Shown: positions 1-9,862 of the stretch, piece after piece | Layout of the letters: each line of letters begins with the position of its first letter | Numbering within the stretch: the stretch's first letter is position 1 | NCBI GenBank assembly: GCA_965250005.1 | Contig: OZ252279.1 | Span: forward strand, 360,001 to 392,000 | Reading direction: 5' to 3' | Origin: Demequinaceae bacterium | GTDB lineage: Bacteria; Actinomycetota; Actinomycetes; Actinomycetales; Demequinaceae | Length of the DNA: 32,000 nt | The notes under the pieces: generated by a model | Seen by the model: the letters and a program-made list of their open reading frames with translations, nothing else | Database searches by the model: none | Told to the model about the DNA's origin: nothing | Translations under genes and position numbers: made by a program

Positions 1-1
1 G

Positions 2-337
2 ACGACGGTAGGCGAGCGACACCGCCACCGGTACGAGGTCAACAACAAATATCGTGAGCAGTTGGAGGGCGCGGGGTTTGTAGTCTCCGGCGAATCGCCC
101 GACAGTTCGCTAGTTGAATTCGTTGAACTGCCGCGCGAGGTGCACCCTTATTACGTCGCGACACAGTCGCACCCAGAATTCCTGTCCCGCCCGACTAAAG
201 CGCATCCTCTGTTTTCTGGACTTATCGCCGCCGCGATCGCGAAAAAGGCGGGCGCGGTCGAATCCAGTGCCGCAGCACAGCCAGATGTAGCCGGTGTCGC
301 GGCCAAGCCCGGTCCAGCCGCTTTGGCAGCGTCTTAG
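2..337 (+). CDS. pyrG: CTP synthase, C-terminal fragment (5' end outside window)
   Basis: Frame 2 is open from the window edge: [75 protein letters not shown]. This is the typical C-terminal glutaminase-domain signature of CTP synthase. Stop TAG at 335-337. Confidence 0.95.
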   Translation, partial: TTVGERHRHRYEVNNKYREQLEGAGFVVSGESPDSSLVEFVELPREVHPYYVATQSHPEFLSRPTKAHPLFSGLIAAAIAKKAGAVESSAAAQPDVAGVAAKPGPAALAAS

Positions 338-997
338 TTGGCGCGGCGCGGGAAGTCCTCGGCGAAGGAACGGGCTGGCGCGCTCCCGCTTGCGGATGCG
401 CCGTCGCATCGGCACGTGCTTGAGCGCAGGGTCGCTTTTGAGGGACACGTTTGGGACATCGTCTCGGAGACCATAGATCTTGGCGATGACGTGATTGTCC
501 ACCGCGACTATGTCGATCACCCGGGTGCCGTAGCGATCGTAGCCATGCGCGACTCTGGCGAGGTTCTGCTGCTGCAGCAATACCGCCACCCGGTCGGGCG
601 CGAAATTTGGGAGCCGCCGGCCGGCCTGCTCGACTCGCCGATCGAGGAACCGCTCGACGCCGCCAAGCGGGAGCTCTTCGAGGAAGCCGACCTCGAGGCA
701 GACACCTGGCATGTACTGCTAGACCTGATGACGTCGCCTGGGGGAAGTTCTGAAGCAATAAGAATCTACCTGGCGCGCGACCTGCGCGAGGTTCCTGCGC
801 CGCAGCGATTTACCCGCGAAGCGGAAGAGAAGGATATGGTGCCGCGTTGGGTGACCGTCGACGAGGCACTTGAGGCGGTGATCGCTGGAAAGATATCCGG
901 ACCGACTGCGGTATCGGGGCTCTTCGCAGTTGATGCCGCCCGCCGCGCGAAATGGCGGACACTCAAACGGGCCGACGCGGACTGGGATCGACCGTAA
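338..997 (+). CDS. NUDIX hydrolase, ADP-ribose pyrophosphatase-like
   Basis: 219 aa ORF with the Nudix box-like segment GLLDSPIEEPLDAAKRELFEEADLEA. The start is uncertain: TTG at 338 or GTG at 416. Confidence 0.9.
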   Translation: MARRGKSSAKERAGALPLADAPSHRHVLERRVAFEGHVWDIVSETIDLGDDVIVHRDYVDHPGAVAIVAMRDSGEVLLLQQYRHPVGREIWEPPAGLLDSPIEEPLDAAKRELFEEADLEADTWHVLLDLMTSPGGSSEAIRIYLARDLREVPAPQRFTREAEEKDMVPRWVTVDEALEAVIAGKISGPTAVSGLFAVDAARRAKWRTLKRADADWDRP

Positions 998-1038
998 ACT
1001 TCGCGAGCGCACGGGCTACGCGCACCGCGGCCACACAC

Positions 1039-1695
1039 CTATTCGATTGGCCGAAATACTCCGGTGATGCTACCTACCGCAAGGACGTGGTCGCGCGACA
1101 GCGAAGTGAACTCCTCGACGCGGAACGAGTCGACCCATTCGAGTTCGGTGTCTAGCGCCCAGACAGTGAACACGTAGTTGTGTCCCGGGTCCGGAGGGCA
1201 CGGACCAAAGTAGCCAGCGGTGCCCGCGTTGCTTACGCCTTCGGCACCGGCGAGCGTCACGCTGGCGCCGGCATCGAGTGAGGTTACGTCGGCGGGAATG
1301 TTCACGTGCAGCCAGTGCGACCAGTTTTGAAACGAGGTGTCGCTCATGGTGAGCGCGAACGTCACCGTGCCTTCCGGGGCTCCCTCCCAAGCGAGTTGTG
1401 GGTTGAGGTTGTCGCCTGTGCATTGGCCGCCAAATGCGCTCGCGCTGAAGCGCGGATCGAGATTGTCGCCGTCAGCGAAGTCGGTACTGGTAAGTGTCAT
1501 GACGCCGATTTCGGCGACGATAACCGTGGGCGTGGGCGTGGGCGTGGGCGTGGGCGTGGGCTCAGGCGCGGCTGAGGGGGAGCAGGCAGCGAGGGCCGAG
1601 GCGAGCACGAGCGCGGTCGCGCCGGTCGCGATGCGGGGAAGGGAACTCGAGGCGGGCTCCAGGAGCGAAATGTCTTTTTTGGTCATGCGGTGCAT
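1039..1695 (-). CDS. YbhB/YbcL (PEBP / Raf kinase inhibitor-like) family lipoprotein
   Basis: Lipobox-like LASALAAC, a TPTPTP linker, then a PEBP-like core (MTLTSTDFADGDNLDPRFS...NLNPQLAWEGAPEGTVTFALTM...HWLHVNIP...GYFGPCPPDPGHNYVFTVWALD). Confidence 0.88.
   Translation of the reverse strand: MHRMTKKDISLLEPASSSLPRIATGATALVLASALAACSPSAAPEPTPTPTPTPTPTVIVAEIGVMTLTSTDFADGDNLDPRFSASAFGGQCTGDNLNPQLAWEGAPEGTVTFALTMSDTSFQNWSHWLHVNIPADVTSLDAGASVTLAGAEGVSNAGTAGYFGPCPPDPGHNYVFTVWALDTELEWVDSFRVEEFTSLSRDHVLAVGSITGVFRPIE
1525..1560. repeat. Six tandem copies of the hexamer CGTGGG encoding the (Pro-Thr)n linker of the PEBP lipoprotein
   Basis: Read directly: cgtgggcgtgggcgtgggcgtgggcgtgggcgtggg. Confidence 0.95.
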
Positions 1696-1766
1696 TCTCG
1701 CATGGTGGGGGTAGGGTTCTGGAGACGTTCGCGGCGCTGCAATCGAAACGTGACGTGCGCCGTCTT

Positions 1767-2678
1767 TCAGTGCGTCGCTACGCGAAGCGCCCGGGCCCTC
1801 TGCGTCAGCGCGAACATCGCGGAATGCGCGACGGTAAACACGCCGATGCCGAGGAGGTGGATGCCCACGACGAGTGCTGGCAGTCCGTTGAAGTACTGGA
1901 TGTAGCCGACCGCTCCTTGCGCCAACGTGGCGACGATCATGAATACCACCGAAGCGCGCGCGGCATGATCGCCATCCTCAGCCCTGCGGCGCCACAGCGA
2001 GAACGCTATGAGCCCCACGACGACTACAAAAAGCCACACGGGAAGCGCGTGCGCGCGCGAGATGGACTCGTGGTCGAGGGCTAGTCGCTCGGTCTGGTCG
2101 GCGTCGCCCGAGTGCGGACCGGTCGCAGTAGTCAGCACGCCAAGGAACGCGAGCGCCGCGAACAACACAAGTGACGCCCAGCGGTGAACGACCAGAGAGG
2201 GCCCCGCGGCGCGCGGCCGGTACTCCTTGAGCCGCAAGGCGATCCACGTTGACACCCACACGAGCATGATGGAGAGCAGCATGTGCGGCCCGACGACGCG
2301 CGGGTCGAGGTCGACGCGCACCGTGATTGCTCCGAGAACCGCCTGAGCGAAGACACCGACCACTGGCACAAGACCCCACCACCGCAACTCGCGCGACGCG
2401 CGCCAAACTGCGATTGCCATAGCGAGCGCGATAATTCCGAGCACCACGGTGGCGAGCCGGTTGCCAAACTCGATTGCCGTATGGGCGTCCAGATTAGCCA
2501 AATCCGGCAAGAAACTGTCCGGTTCACATTTGGGGGCCGTCGAGCAGCCGAGCCCCGAACCACTGAGCCGCACGGCACCTCCGGTGACAATAATCGCGAC
2601 TTGCGCGACGACATTGGCAACGGCGAGGCCAGATGCGCGGGACACGAGGGCGTCTGCTGCGCGAGAAAATGGGCTCAT
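1767..2678 (-). CDS. ctaA: Heme A synthase, COX15/CtaA family
   Basis: Multi-TM protein with IIVTGGAVRLSGSGLGCSTAPKCEPDSFLP, EFGNRLATVVLG and HLLGIGVFTVAH. ATG at 2678 (MSPFSRAADAL) is preferred over the extended ORF start at 2807. Confidence 0.9.
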   Translation of the reverse strand: MSPFSRAADALVSRASGLAVANVVAQVAIIVTGGAVRLSGSGLGCSTAPKCEPDSFLPDLANLDAHTAIEFGNRLATVVLGIIALAMAIAVWRASRELRWWGLVPVVGVFAQAVLGAITVRVDLDPRVVGPHMLLSIMLVWVSTWIALRLKEYRPRAAGPSLVVHRWASLVLFAALAFLGVLTTATGPHSGDADQTERLALDHESISRAHALPVWLFVVVVGLIAFSLWRRRAEDGDHAARASVVFMIVATLAQGAVGYIQYFNGLPALVVGIHLLGIGVFTVAHSAMFALTQRARALRVATH

Positions 2679-2915
2679 GGCGGCGTCTCGGCCTAGGAGA
2701 CGAAGCGGAGAGGGGTTGAGGTCACCCGTCAATCCTAGGGCCGGCCCAGCGGGGCCAGGACCGCCCGAAGCAAGGATGACCTTATTTGCGGGATTGGAAT
2801 CAGGCAACGAGAATCTTCTCCAATCGGAGGGGCGGGCGCTGCTCCAAAGTCCATGCTTACAAGCCTAGCGAGGCCGGGCCGCTTGTGTGCGCGCCCGGCT
2901 TCGCTGTACGGGTCT

Positions 2916-3518
2916 CTAGCTCACGGGAGCGGGAGGTCCGCTGCGGACGCCGGTTAGCGTGACCTGGTCGAGGATGTGCCCCTGTGAACTCGCGGTGAAC
3001 TCTTCCAACGTCATGCCGCCATCTCCCACCTCGGAGTCGAGAGCGAACAGCGTCAACTCGTAGTCGTGGTCGGCATCCCATTCGGGGCACGGGCCGATGT
3101 AGTACTCGTAATCGAGGAAGTTCCGGCCCTCGTCTCCGTCGAGCAGCCAGTACTCGCCGGTCTCAATGGATGTCGCGACGCCAGGGATGTTGTACGAGAG
3201 CCAGAGTGTGTGGACGTCGCCGTCGGTAACGTCCGCGAAATGAATCGCAAAGTGGGTGGTGCCCTCGGGCCCTGCATTCCATGTGAGTTGAGGGCTCTGG
3301 CCCGGGCCGTCGCAATACTCGTACGCGTTGGCCAGCGTCGTGTCCGCGAGCACTGCTCCTCCACCGATGTCCGTGCTCGTCAGAGTAAGCGGACCGTGCG
3401 CGACCGAGCTGGATGAGGGTGACGGCTCTGGCGTTGCGCCGGGACCGGCCGGATCCGTGGCGCAGGCCGTCAGAGCGACTGCGAGCAGAGGTAGCGCGAG
3501 GGCTGCGGTGATCTTCAT
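2916..3518 (-). CDS. YbhB/YbcL (PEBP) family lipoprotein, paralog of the 1039-1695 gene
   Basis: MKITAALALPLLAVALTACATDP lipoprotein signal, then LTLTSTDIGGGAVL...SPQLTWNAGPEGTTHFAIHF...LWLSYNIPG...YYIGPCPEWDADHDYELTLFALD. ATG at 3518 is preceded by an AGGAGAAATC Shine-Dalgarno-like sequence on the minus strand. Confidence 0.88.
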   Translation of the reverse strand: MKITAALALPLLAVALTACATDPAGPGATPEPSPSSSSVAHGPLTLTSTDIGGGAVLADTTLANAYEYCDGPGQSPQLTWNAGPEGTTHFAIHFADVTDGDVHTLWLSYNIPGVATSIETGEYWLLDGDEGRNFLDYEYYIGPCPEWDADHDYELTLFALDSEVGDGGMTLEEFTASSQGHILDQVTLTGVRSGPPAPVS

Positions 3519-3603
3519 GATTTCTCCTTGGGGTGGCTGGTGTGCGACCGTTGCTGACGTAACAACGTTACACATCTTGCCACGACAGAGCCACGCCAGG
3601 CGC

Positions 3604-3622
3604 CCAGGTAAGGCTCGCCTTG
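3604..3622. promoter_or_regulatory. Weak candidate iron-regulator (DtxR/IdeR-type) box
   Basis: CCAGGTAAGGCTCGCCTTG matches 12/19 positions of TTAGGTTAGGCTAACCTAA by eye. It contains the exact inverted repeat AAGGC-TC-GCCTT and lies upstream of sufR. Confidence 0.35.
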
Positions 3623-3642
3623 CTTGCGCGAAATGAATTAGG

Positions 3643-3656
3643 CAACAAGACTGTTG
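3643..3656. promoter_or_regulatory. Candidate SufR operator, CAAC-N6-GTTG
   Basis: CAACAAGACTGTTG lies 56 bp upstream of the sufR ATG and matches the CAAC-N6-GTTG palindrome described for SufR regulators. Confidence 0.75.
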
Positions 3657-3711
3657 CTAATTAATAGGACCGGCGCGGAGGTGCCGTGACTGCGAACGCG
3701 AGGGAGGCGAT

Positions 3712-4368
3712 ATGGCAAACGACGAGACGACGCGCCAACGCATCCTTGGGCTGATCGCATCAGCGGGCCCGATTACGGCGGCGGCCATCGCTGACGAACT
3801 CGGCGTGACGCCAGCCGGCATTCGCAGGCACCTGTCGCTCCTTACCGAACAAGAGCACATTTGCGAGCACGAGGCGTTGGGCGCTGTGGACCGCGGCCGG
3901 GGCCGGCCGGCGCGCTCCTACGTCGCGACCCCCGAGGGTCAACGCGCACTCCAAAACGCCTACAGCGACGTCGCCACCGATGCGCTCACGCACATGCGTG
4001 CCGAGGGCCAGCTTGATGCCTTCGTCGTGGCCCAGGCAGCGCGCCTGGAGATAGAGCTCAGCGCAGCGGTTGACCGCAGTGCGCCTGTGGCAGACCGCGT
4101 TGACGCCGTGGCTGCTGCCTTGGACGTGCACGGGTACGCCACGTCCGTGCGACCGGTGCCGGGCGGCTACGCCGTTCAGTTGTGTCAGGGCCACTGCCCA
4201 GTTCAGCGTGTTGCCGAGGCCGTACCCGAATGGTGCGAAGCCGAAACCCAAGCAATCTCCCGAGTACTCGACGTTCACGTTCAGCGGCTGTCCACCCTCG
4301 CGGGCGGCGCTCACGTGTGCACAACTAACATCCCGCTGACCCCAGTGGGCTCCCCGGAGGGTAACTGA
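3712..4368 (+). CDS. sufR: SufR-type winged-helix transcriptional repressor of the suf operon
   Basis: N-terminal HTH ([36 protein letters not shown]) and C-terminal conserved cysteines ([21 protein letters not shown]...HVCTTNIP). Immediately upstream of sufB, with a 1-bp overlap. Confidence 0.9.
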   Translation: MANDETTRQRILGLIASAGPITAAAIADELGVTPAGIRRHLSLLTEQEHICEHEALGAVDRGRGRPARSYVATPEGQRALQNAYSDVATDALTHMRAEGQLDAFVVAQAARLEIELSAAVDRSAPVADRVDAVAAALDVHGYATSVRPVPGGYAVQLCQGHCPVQRVAEAVPEWCEAETQAISRVLDVHVQRLSTLAGGAHVCTTNIPLTPVGSPEGN

Positions 4369-5819
4369 TGACAACCCAGGCAGAAGGCGTCCCCGCGACG
4401 CAAAGCCCCTCGCTCACACAAGAGGAAACGATTGCGTCGATCGGTACGTATGAGTATGGATGGCACGACGGCGATGCCGCCGGCCAGTCCGCCAAGCGTG
4501 GACTGAGCGAAGAGGTGGTGCGCAACATATCGGCACTCAAGGACGAGCCGCAGTGGATGCTCGACACGCGCCTCAAGGGACTCAAGTTGTTTGGCAAGAA
4601 GCCCATGCCCACATGGGGTAGCGACCTGACCGGTATCGACTTCGACAGCATTAAATACTTTGTGCGCTCCACCGAGAAGCAAGCGGAGTCCTGGGAAGAT
4701 CTTCCCGACGACATCAAAGAGACGTACGACCGCTTGGGCATTCCCGAGGCAGAAAAACAGCGCCTGGTCGCAGGCGTCGCCGCGCAGTACGAGTCCGAGG
4801 TGGTGTACCACCAGATTCGCGAAGACCTCGAGGAGCAGGGCGTGCTCTTCCTCGACACCGACACGGCGCTCAAGGAACATCCGGAGATGTTCAAGGAGTA
4901 CTTCGGCACGGTAATCCCCGTGGGTGACAACAAGTTCGCCGCGCTCAACACGTCGGTGTGGTCGGGGGGTTCGTTCGTCTACGTCCCGCCGGGCGTGCAT
5001 GTGGAGATTCCGCTCCAGGCCTACTTCCGCATCAACACGGAAAATATGGGGCAGTTCGAACGCACGTTGATCATCGCCGACGAGGGCTCGTATGTGCACT
5101 ACGTCGAGGGATGTACCGCGCCCATCTACTCGAGCGATTCTCTGCACAGTGCGGTGGTCGAAATCATCGTGAAGAAGAACGCTCGCGTGCGCTACACGAC
5201 CATCCAGAACTGGTCGAACAACGTCTACAACTTGGTCACCAAGCGCGCGACGGCTGCCGAGGGCGCCACCATGGAGTGGGTGGACGGCAACATCGGCTCC
5301 AAGGTGACCATGAAGTATCCCGCGATATTCATGCTTGGCGAGCACGCACGCGGCGAGACGCTGTCGATTGCGTTCGCCGGTACCGGCCAGCACCAGGACG
5401 CGGGGGCCAAGATGGTGCACGCCGCACCCAACACCTCCTCGAGCATCGTCTCGAAGTCCGTTGCGCGAGGCGGTGGGCGCACCTCCTACCGAGGGCTCGT
5501 TCAGGTGCTAGAGGGCGCGCACGGCTCCAAGTCCAACGTCCTGTGCGATGCGCTCCTGGTGGACCAGATCTCGCGATCGGACACGTACCCCTATGTGGAT
5601 GTGCGCGAGGACGACGTGTCAATGGGTCACGAGGCAACCGTGTCTCGCGTGAGCGAAGACCAACTCTTCTACCTGATGAGCCGCGGGCTCAACGAGTCTG
5701 AGGCCATGGCCATGATCGTGCGCGGCTTCATCGAGCCCATCGCGCGCGAGCTTCCCATGGAGTACGCGCTCGAGTTGAATCGCCTTATCGAAATGCAGAT
5801 GGAAGGATCCGTCGGTTGA
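4368..5819 (+). CDS. sufB: Fe-S cluster assembly scaffold SufB
   Basis: 483 aa; [50 protein letters not shown] and [37 protein letters not shown]. Confidence 0.98.
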   Translation: MTTQAEGVPATQSPSLTQEETIASIGTYEYGWHDGDAAGQSAKRGLSEEVVRNISALKDEPQWMLDTRLKGLKLFGKKPMPTWGSDLTGIDFDSIKYFVRSTEKQAESWEDLPDDIKETYDRLGIPEAEKQRLVAGVAAQYESEVVYHQIREDLEEQGVLFLDTDTALKEHPEMFKEYFGTVIPVGDNKFAALNTSVWSGGSFVYVPPGVHVEIPLQAYFRINTENMGQFERTLIIADEGSYVHYVEGCTAPIYSSDSLHSAVVEIIVKKNARVRYTTIQNWSNNVYNLVTKRATAAEGATMEWVDGNIGSKVTMKYPAIFMLGEHARGETLSIAFAGTGQHQDAGAKMVHAAPNTSSSIVSKSVARGGGRTSYRGLVQVLEGAHGSKSNVLCDALLVDQISRSDTYPYVDVREDDVSMGHEATVSRVSEDQLFYLMSRGLNESEAMAMIVRGFIEPIARELPMEYALELNRLIEMQMEGSVG

Positions 5820-7000
5820 CCGCCACCAGCACAGACCACAGCAAGGCCAAAGCGGACGGCACGCACACGCACGGAGCGGCATCCACGCCGCCCGAGGCGT
5901 CGCGCGCCGCGAGGCCCACATCCTTTGACGTCGCCGACTTCGTCGTTCCAGGGGGGCGCGAGGAGGAGTGGCGCTTCTCTCCGTTGCGCGTGCTCGCGCC
6001 GCTCTTTGCCGACAAGCTCACGGGCGCGGGCGTGTCAACCACCGTCGAGGCGCCAGACGGCGTTTCCGTCATCGAGGTTGCGTCAGCAGATAGATTCGCG
6101 ATCACCAGCGCTCCCGGAGACCGTGTCGCCGCGGCCTCGTGGGCTTCTGCGCCGCACGCGACACGCGTCGAGCTGCCAGCGAACGTCAAGCAGGATGCTC
6201 CCGTGAGCATCATGGTCGCCGGCACCGGGGGAGACGCGACGGCGCTCCACATTCAGGTGACGGCGGCCCCGTTCGCCGAGGGAACTGTGGTCATCGACCA
6301 CACGGGTTCAGCAACCGTCGCCGAGACGGTGGAGATCGTGGCCGAGGACGGCGCACAACTCACCGTTGTCTCCATTCACGACTGGGACCACGACGCCGTT
6401 CACAACTCGTCGCACCGCGCCCGGATTGGCCGCGACGCCAATCTCAAGCACGTGGTGGTGACCCTAGGCGGCAAGGCCGTCCGCGTGACCCCGGACGCCG
6501 AGTTCACTGGGCCCGGCGGCTCAGTCGACATGTACGGCCTCTACTTTGCCGACGCAGGCCAGCACCAAGAGCACCGCCTGTTCGTGGACCACGGAGTCCC
6601 CGATTGCCGCTCTCGCGTGACCTACAAGGGCGCGCTCGCAGGCGAGTCGGCTCGCACTGTGTGGATCGGCGACGTGCTGATTCGCAAGGCAGCAGTGGGC
6701 ACAGACACCTACGAGCTCAACCGCAACTTGGTTCTCACGGATGGCGCGCGCGCGGACTCGGTCCCGAACCTCGAAATCGAGACAGGCGAGATCGCGGGTG
6801 CGGGCCACGCCAGTGCGACGGGCCGCTTCGACGAGGAGCAACTCTTCTACTTGCGCTCGCGCGGCATCAGTGAGGACCAGGCCCGCAAGTTGGTGGTGCG
6901 CGGCTTCTTCGCTGATCTCATCAGGCAAATCGACGTCGCGGACTTGGAGCAGCGGCTCTCACACGCGATCGACGCAGAACTCGAGGCCACGGATGACTGA
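5816..7000 (+). CDS. sufD: Fe-S cluster assembly protein SufD
   Basis: 394 aa; [49 protein letters not shown]...[36 protein letters not shown] start overlaps the sufB stop. Confidence 0.96.
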   Translation: MTATSTDHSKAKADGTHTHGAASTPPEASRAARPTSFDVADFVVPGGREEEWRFSPLRVLAPLFADKLTGAGVSTTVEAPDGVSVIEVASADRFAITSAPGDRVAAASWASAPHATRVELPANVKQDAPVSIMVAGTGGDATALHIQVTAAPFAEGTVVIDHTGSATVAETVEIVAEDGAQLTVVSIHDWDHDAVHNSSHRARIGRDANLKHVVVTLGGKAVRVTPDAEFTGPGGSVDMYGLYFADAGQHQEHRLFVDHGVPDCRSRVTYKGALAGESARTVWIGDVLIRKAAVGTDTYELNRNLVLTDGARADSVPNLEIETGEIAGAGHASATGRFDEEQLFYLRSRGISEDQARKLVVRGFFADLIRQIDVADLEQRLSHAIDAELEATDD

Positions 7001-7349
7001 GCATTTAGCTGCCTACGTTGCCGACATCCCCAAGGGCGAGGCCATCCAGTCGATCTTGACTGAGGCCGACGGCACCGAGGCCCCCGTGGCTGTGTTCCAC
7101 ATGGACGACGGCGCAATCTACGCGATCGGCGACGTCTGCACGCACGGCGAGGTGTCACTTTCCGAGGGTGAGATCGAAGGTTGCGAGGTCGAATGCTGGG
7201 CGCACGGCGGACGCTTCGACGTTCGCACCGGCGTCGCCACCGAGCTGCCAGCCATCCAACCCGTCAAGGCATACCCCGTACGTATCGACGGCGAGCGCGT
7301 GCTCGTGGACGTCGACAACCCCATCGTGTCAACCAAGGAGAACGCATGA
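6993..7349 (+). CDS. Rieske-type non-heme [2Fe-2S] ferredoxin within the suf operon
   Basis: [13 protein letters not shown]...GDVCTHGEVSLSEGEIEGCEVECWAHGGRFDVRTG contains the Rieske CxH...CxxH-type ligand pattern (CTH / CWAH). The start is internal to the longer ORF at 6741. Confidence 0.93.
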   Translation: MTEHLAAYVADIPKGEAIQSILTEADGTEAPVAVFHMDDGAIYAIGDVCTHGEVSLSEGEIEGCEVECWAHGGRFDVRTGVATELPAIQPVKAYPVRIDGERVLVDVDNPIVSTKENA

Positions 7350-8101
7350 GCACCCTGGACATTAGGAACCTCCACGTGAGCGTGGAGACCAACGAAGGAA
7401 CCAAGCAGATTCTGCGTGGCGTGGACCTGACCATTGAATCCGGCCAGACGCACGCGATCATGGGGCCCAACGGCTCCGGTAAGTCGACACTCGCGTATTC
7501 GCTGGCGGGCCACCCCAAGTACACCGTCACCGAGGGCTCGGTTACGCTCAACGGCGCGGATGTGCTCGCGATGTCGGTCGACGAGCGCGCCAAGGCGGGA
7601 CTGTTCCTCGCGATGCAATACCCGGTAGAGGTGCCGGGCGTCTCGGTCACCAACTTCCTCCGCACCGCGAAGACCGCTCTCGATGGCGAAGCTCCCAAGC
7701 TTCGTACGTGGGTCAAGGACGTCCGCGGGGCGATGGAGGAGTTACGCATGGACCCGGCGTTCGCCGAGCGCAACGTCAACGAAGGTTTCTCGGGCGGAGA
7801 GAAGAAGCGCCACGAGATTCTGCAGATGGAACTGCTGAGGCCCAAGTTCGCGATTCTTGACGAGACGGACTCGGGGCTCGACGTAGACGCGCTTCGCGTG
7901 GTCGCCGAGGGCGTCAACCGCGCCAAGGAGGCGACTGGTGCCGGAGTTCTTCTCATCACGCACTACACCCGCATCCTGAAGTACATTGATCCCGACTTCG
8001 TGCACGTTTTTGTCGAAGGAAAAATCGCCGAGGAAGGCGGCCCAGAGTTGGCCGAGCGCCTCGAATCCGAAGGCTATGACAGGTTCTTCACCAAGGCATA
8101 A
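7346..8101 (+). CDS. sufC: Fe-S cluster assembly ATPase SufC
   Basis: MSTLDIRNLHVSVETNEGTKQILRGVDL...GPNGSGKSTLAYSLAG...GFSGGEKKRHEILQMELLRPKFAILDETDSGLDVDAL. Confidence 0.98.
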   Translation: MSTLDIRNLHVSVETNEGTKQILRGVDLTIESGQTHAIMGPNGSGKSTLAYSLAGHPKYTVTEGSVTLNGADVLAMSVDERAKAGLFLAMQYPVEVPGVSVTNFLRTAKTALDGEAPKLRTWVKDVRGAMEELRMDPAFAERNVNEGFSGGEKKRHEILQMELLRPKFAILDETDSGLDVDALRVVAEGVNRAKEATGAGVLLITHYTRILKYIDPDFVHVFVEGKIAEEGGPELAERLESEGYDRFFTKA

Positions 8102-8123
8102 TCGCTACCTAAGGTCGAAAAAG

Positions 8124-9404
8124 ATGACACTTCCTGACGTCCGATCAGATTTCCCGCTCCTCGCTCGCGAAGGCCGCAATGGCAAGCAATTGGTCTACCT
8201 CGATTCGGGCGCTACCTCGCAAAAGCCGAGCGCGGTGCTCGACGCCGAGGCGGACTTCTATCGACTCCACAATGGAGCGGTACTTCGCGGCGCCCACATC
8301 TTGGCCGAAGAGGCCACTGAGGCCTTCGAGTCCGCGCGCGTCGACGTCGCTAAGCTCATTGGCGCGGACGTCAGCGAGGTCGTGTGGACCGCGAACGCCA
8401 CAGCGTCCATCAACATCATCGCCAATGGCTTCGGCAACGCCTCACTCGGACGAGGAGGCGCGGAAGCCCGCCAGTTTGCGCTTGGCCCCGGCGACCGCAT
8501 CGTTATTACGGAGGCCGAGCACCACGCGAACCTCATCCCGTGGCAGCAGCTCGCCGCACGCACCGGGGCAGAGCTGGCGTGGCTGCCGCTCGATTCCGAT
8601 GGCGTGCCGGTGCTCGACGATCTCGAGTCGATCGTGAACGAACGGACCAAGATACTCGCGTTCGCACATGCGAGCAACGTCACCGGCATCATCGGACAGG
8701 TGGCAACGCTCGTGGCGCGGGCCAAAGCCGTGGGCGCGTTCACCCTGCTCGACGCCTGCCAGTCCGTGCCGCATATGCCCGTTGACGTCAAGGCGCTCGA
8801 CGTGGACTTTGCCGCGTTCTCTGGCCACAAGATGCTCGCGCCCACGGGCATCGGCGGGCTCTACGGCCGCCAGGAGCTGCTCGACGCGCTCCCTCCGTCC
8901 GTGTTCGGGGGATCAACCATCAAGACCGTGACTATGGAAGAGTCCACGTGGCTCGCGGCGCCCTCGCGGTTCGAGGCGGGGTCGCAGCCCGTGGCCCAGG
9001 CGGTGGGGCTCGGCGCAGCCGCGCGCTACATGATGGCGTTAGGTATGGAGGACGTTGAGGCTCACGACCAAATGCTGGGAGCGCGTCTGCGCGAAGGCGT
9101 GAGCCAGATCGAAGGCGTCCGGCTGCTTGGACCCGTCGGAGGCGACGGCGTCCACCAGGTGCTTGGGCTCGCCGCAGTCGTGGTTGAAGGCGTGCACGCA
9201 CACGACGTCGGCCAGGTGCTTGATGCCGCCGGGATTGCCGCACGAGTGGGACACCACTGCTCGCAGCCGCTGCATCGGCACTTTGGCGTGGCGAGCTCCA
9301 CACGCGCCTCGGTCCACGTCTACAACACCACGGACGACGTCGACGCTTTCCTCGATTCTCTTGCCGGCGTGCGGGCCTTCTTCGGTGCACTGGGGGCCGT
9401 GTGA
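8124..9404 (+). CDS. sufS: Cysteine desulfurase, SufS family
   Basis: MTLPDVRSDFPLL...ITEAEHHANLIPWQQLA...AFSGHKMLAPTGIGGLYGR...GHHCSQPLHRHFGV. Confidence 0.97.
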   Translation: MTLPDVRSDFPLLAREGRNGKQLVYLDSGATSQKPSAVLDAEADFYRLHNGAVLRGAHILAEEATEAFESARVDVAKLIGADVSEVVWTANATASINIIANGFGNASLGRGGAEARQFALGPGDRIVITEAEHHANLIPWQQLAARTGAELAWLPLDSDGVPVLDDLESIVNERTKILAFAHASNVTGIIGQVATLVARAKAVGAFTLLDACQSVPHMPVDVKALDVDFAAFSGHKMLAPTGIGGLYGRQELLDALPPSVFGGSTIKTVTMEESTWLAAPSRFEAGSQPVAQAVGLGAAARYMMALGMEDVEAHDQMLGARLREGVSQIEGVRLLGPVGGDGVHQVLGLAAVVVEGVHAHDVGQVLDAAGIAARVGHHCSQPLHRHFGVASSTRASVHVYNTTDDVDAFLDSLAGVRAFFGALGAV

Positions 9405-9862
9405 GTGCCCTTGAGCAGATGTACCAGCAGGTCATCATGGACCACGCGCGTGAGACGCGCGGCCGGGGCCTGGTCGAGCCGAACACAGCAACTACGGGGG
9501 AGTCTCACCAGGTCAACCCCACGTGCGGCGACGAAGTGCGGCTGCGTGTCGCCCTCGATGGAGACACCGTCTCCAGCGTCTCCTGGGAGGGCCAGGGCTG
9601 CAGCATCTCGCAGGCGTCTGTCTCCGTACTTCACGAGCTAGTCGAGGGGCACACCGTAGTCGAGGCGCAAGAAATCAGCGACGCGTTCAGGGAGCTGATG
9701 CAGGCCAAGGGCCAGGGCATCGGCGATGAGCGCGAAGAATTGCTGGGGGACGCAACCGCGTTCGTCGGCGTTGGAAAGTACCCTGCGCGAATCAAGTGCG
9801 CACTCATCGGATGGATGGCGCTCAAGGATGCGCTTATCCTTGCCCAGAAGGAGACCTCATGA
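9401..9862 (+). CDS. sufU: SUF system Fe-S assembly protein SufU (NifU-like)
   Basis: EQMYQQVIMDHARETRGRG...NPTCGDEVRLRVALDGDTVSSVSWEGQGCSISQASVSVL...RIKCALIGWMALKDAL, with conserved cysteines. Confidence 0.95.
   Translation: MSALEQMYQQVIMDHARETRGRGLVEPNTATTGESHQVNPTCGDEVRLRVALDGDTVSSVSWEGQGCSISQASVSVLHELVEGHTVVEAQEISDAFRELMQAKGQGIGDEREELLGDATAFVGVGKYPARIKCALIGWMALKDALILAQKETS

Noticed and set aside
4311-5420. 369-aa minus-strand ORF opposite sufB
   Set aside because: Composition artefact of the opposite strand of strongly conserved sufB. The protein is His/Val/Arg-rich with no domain signature.
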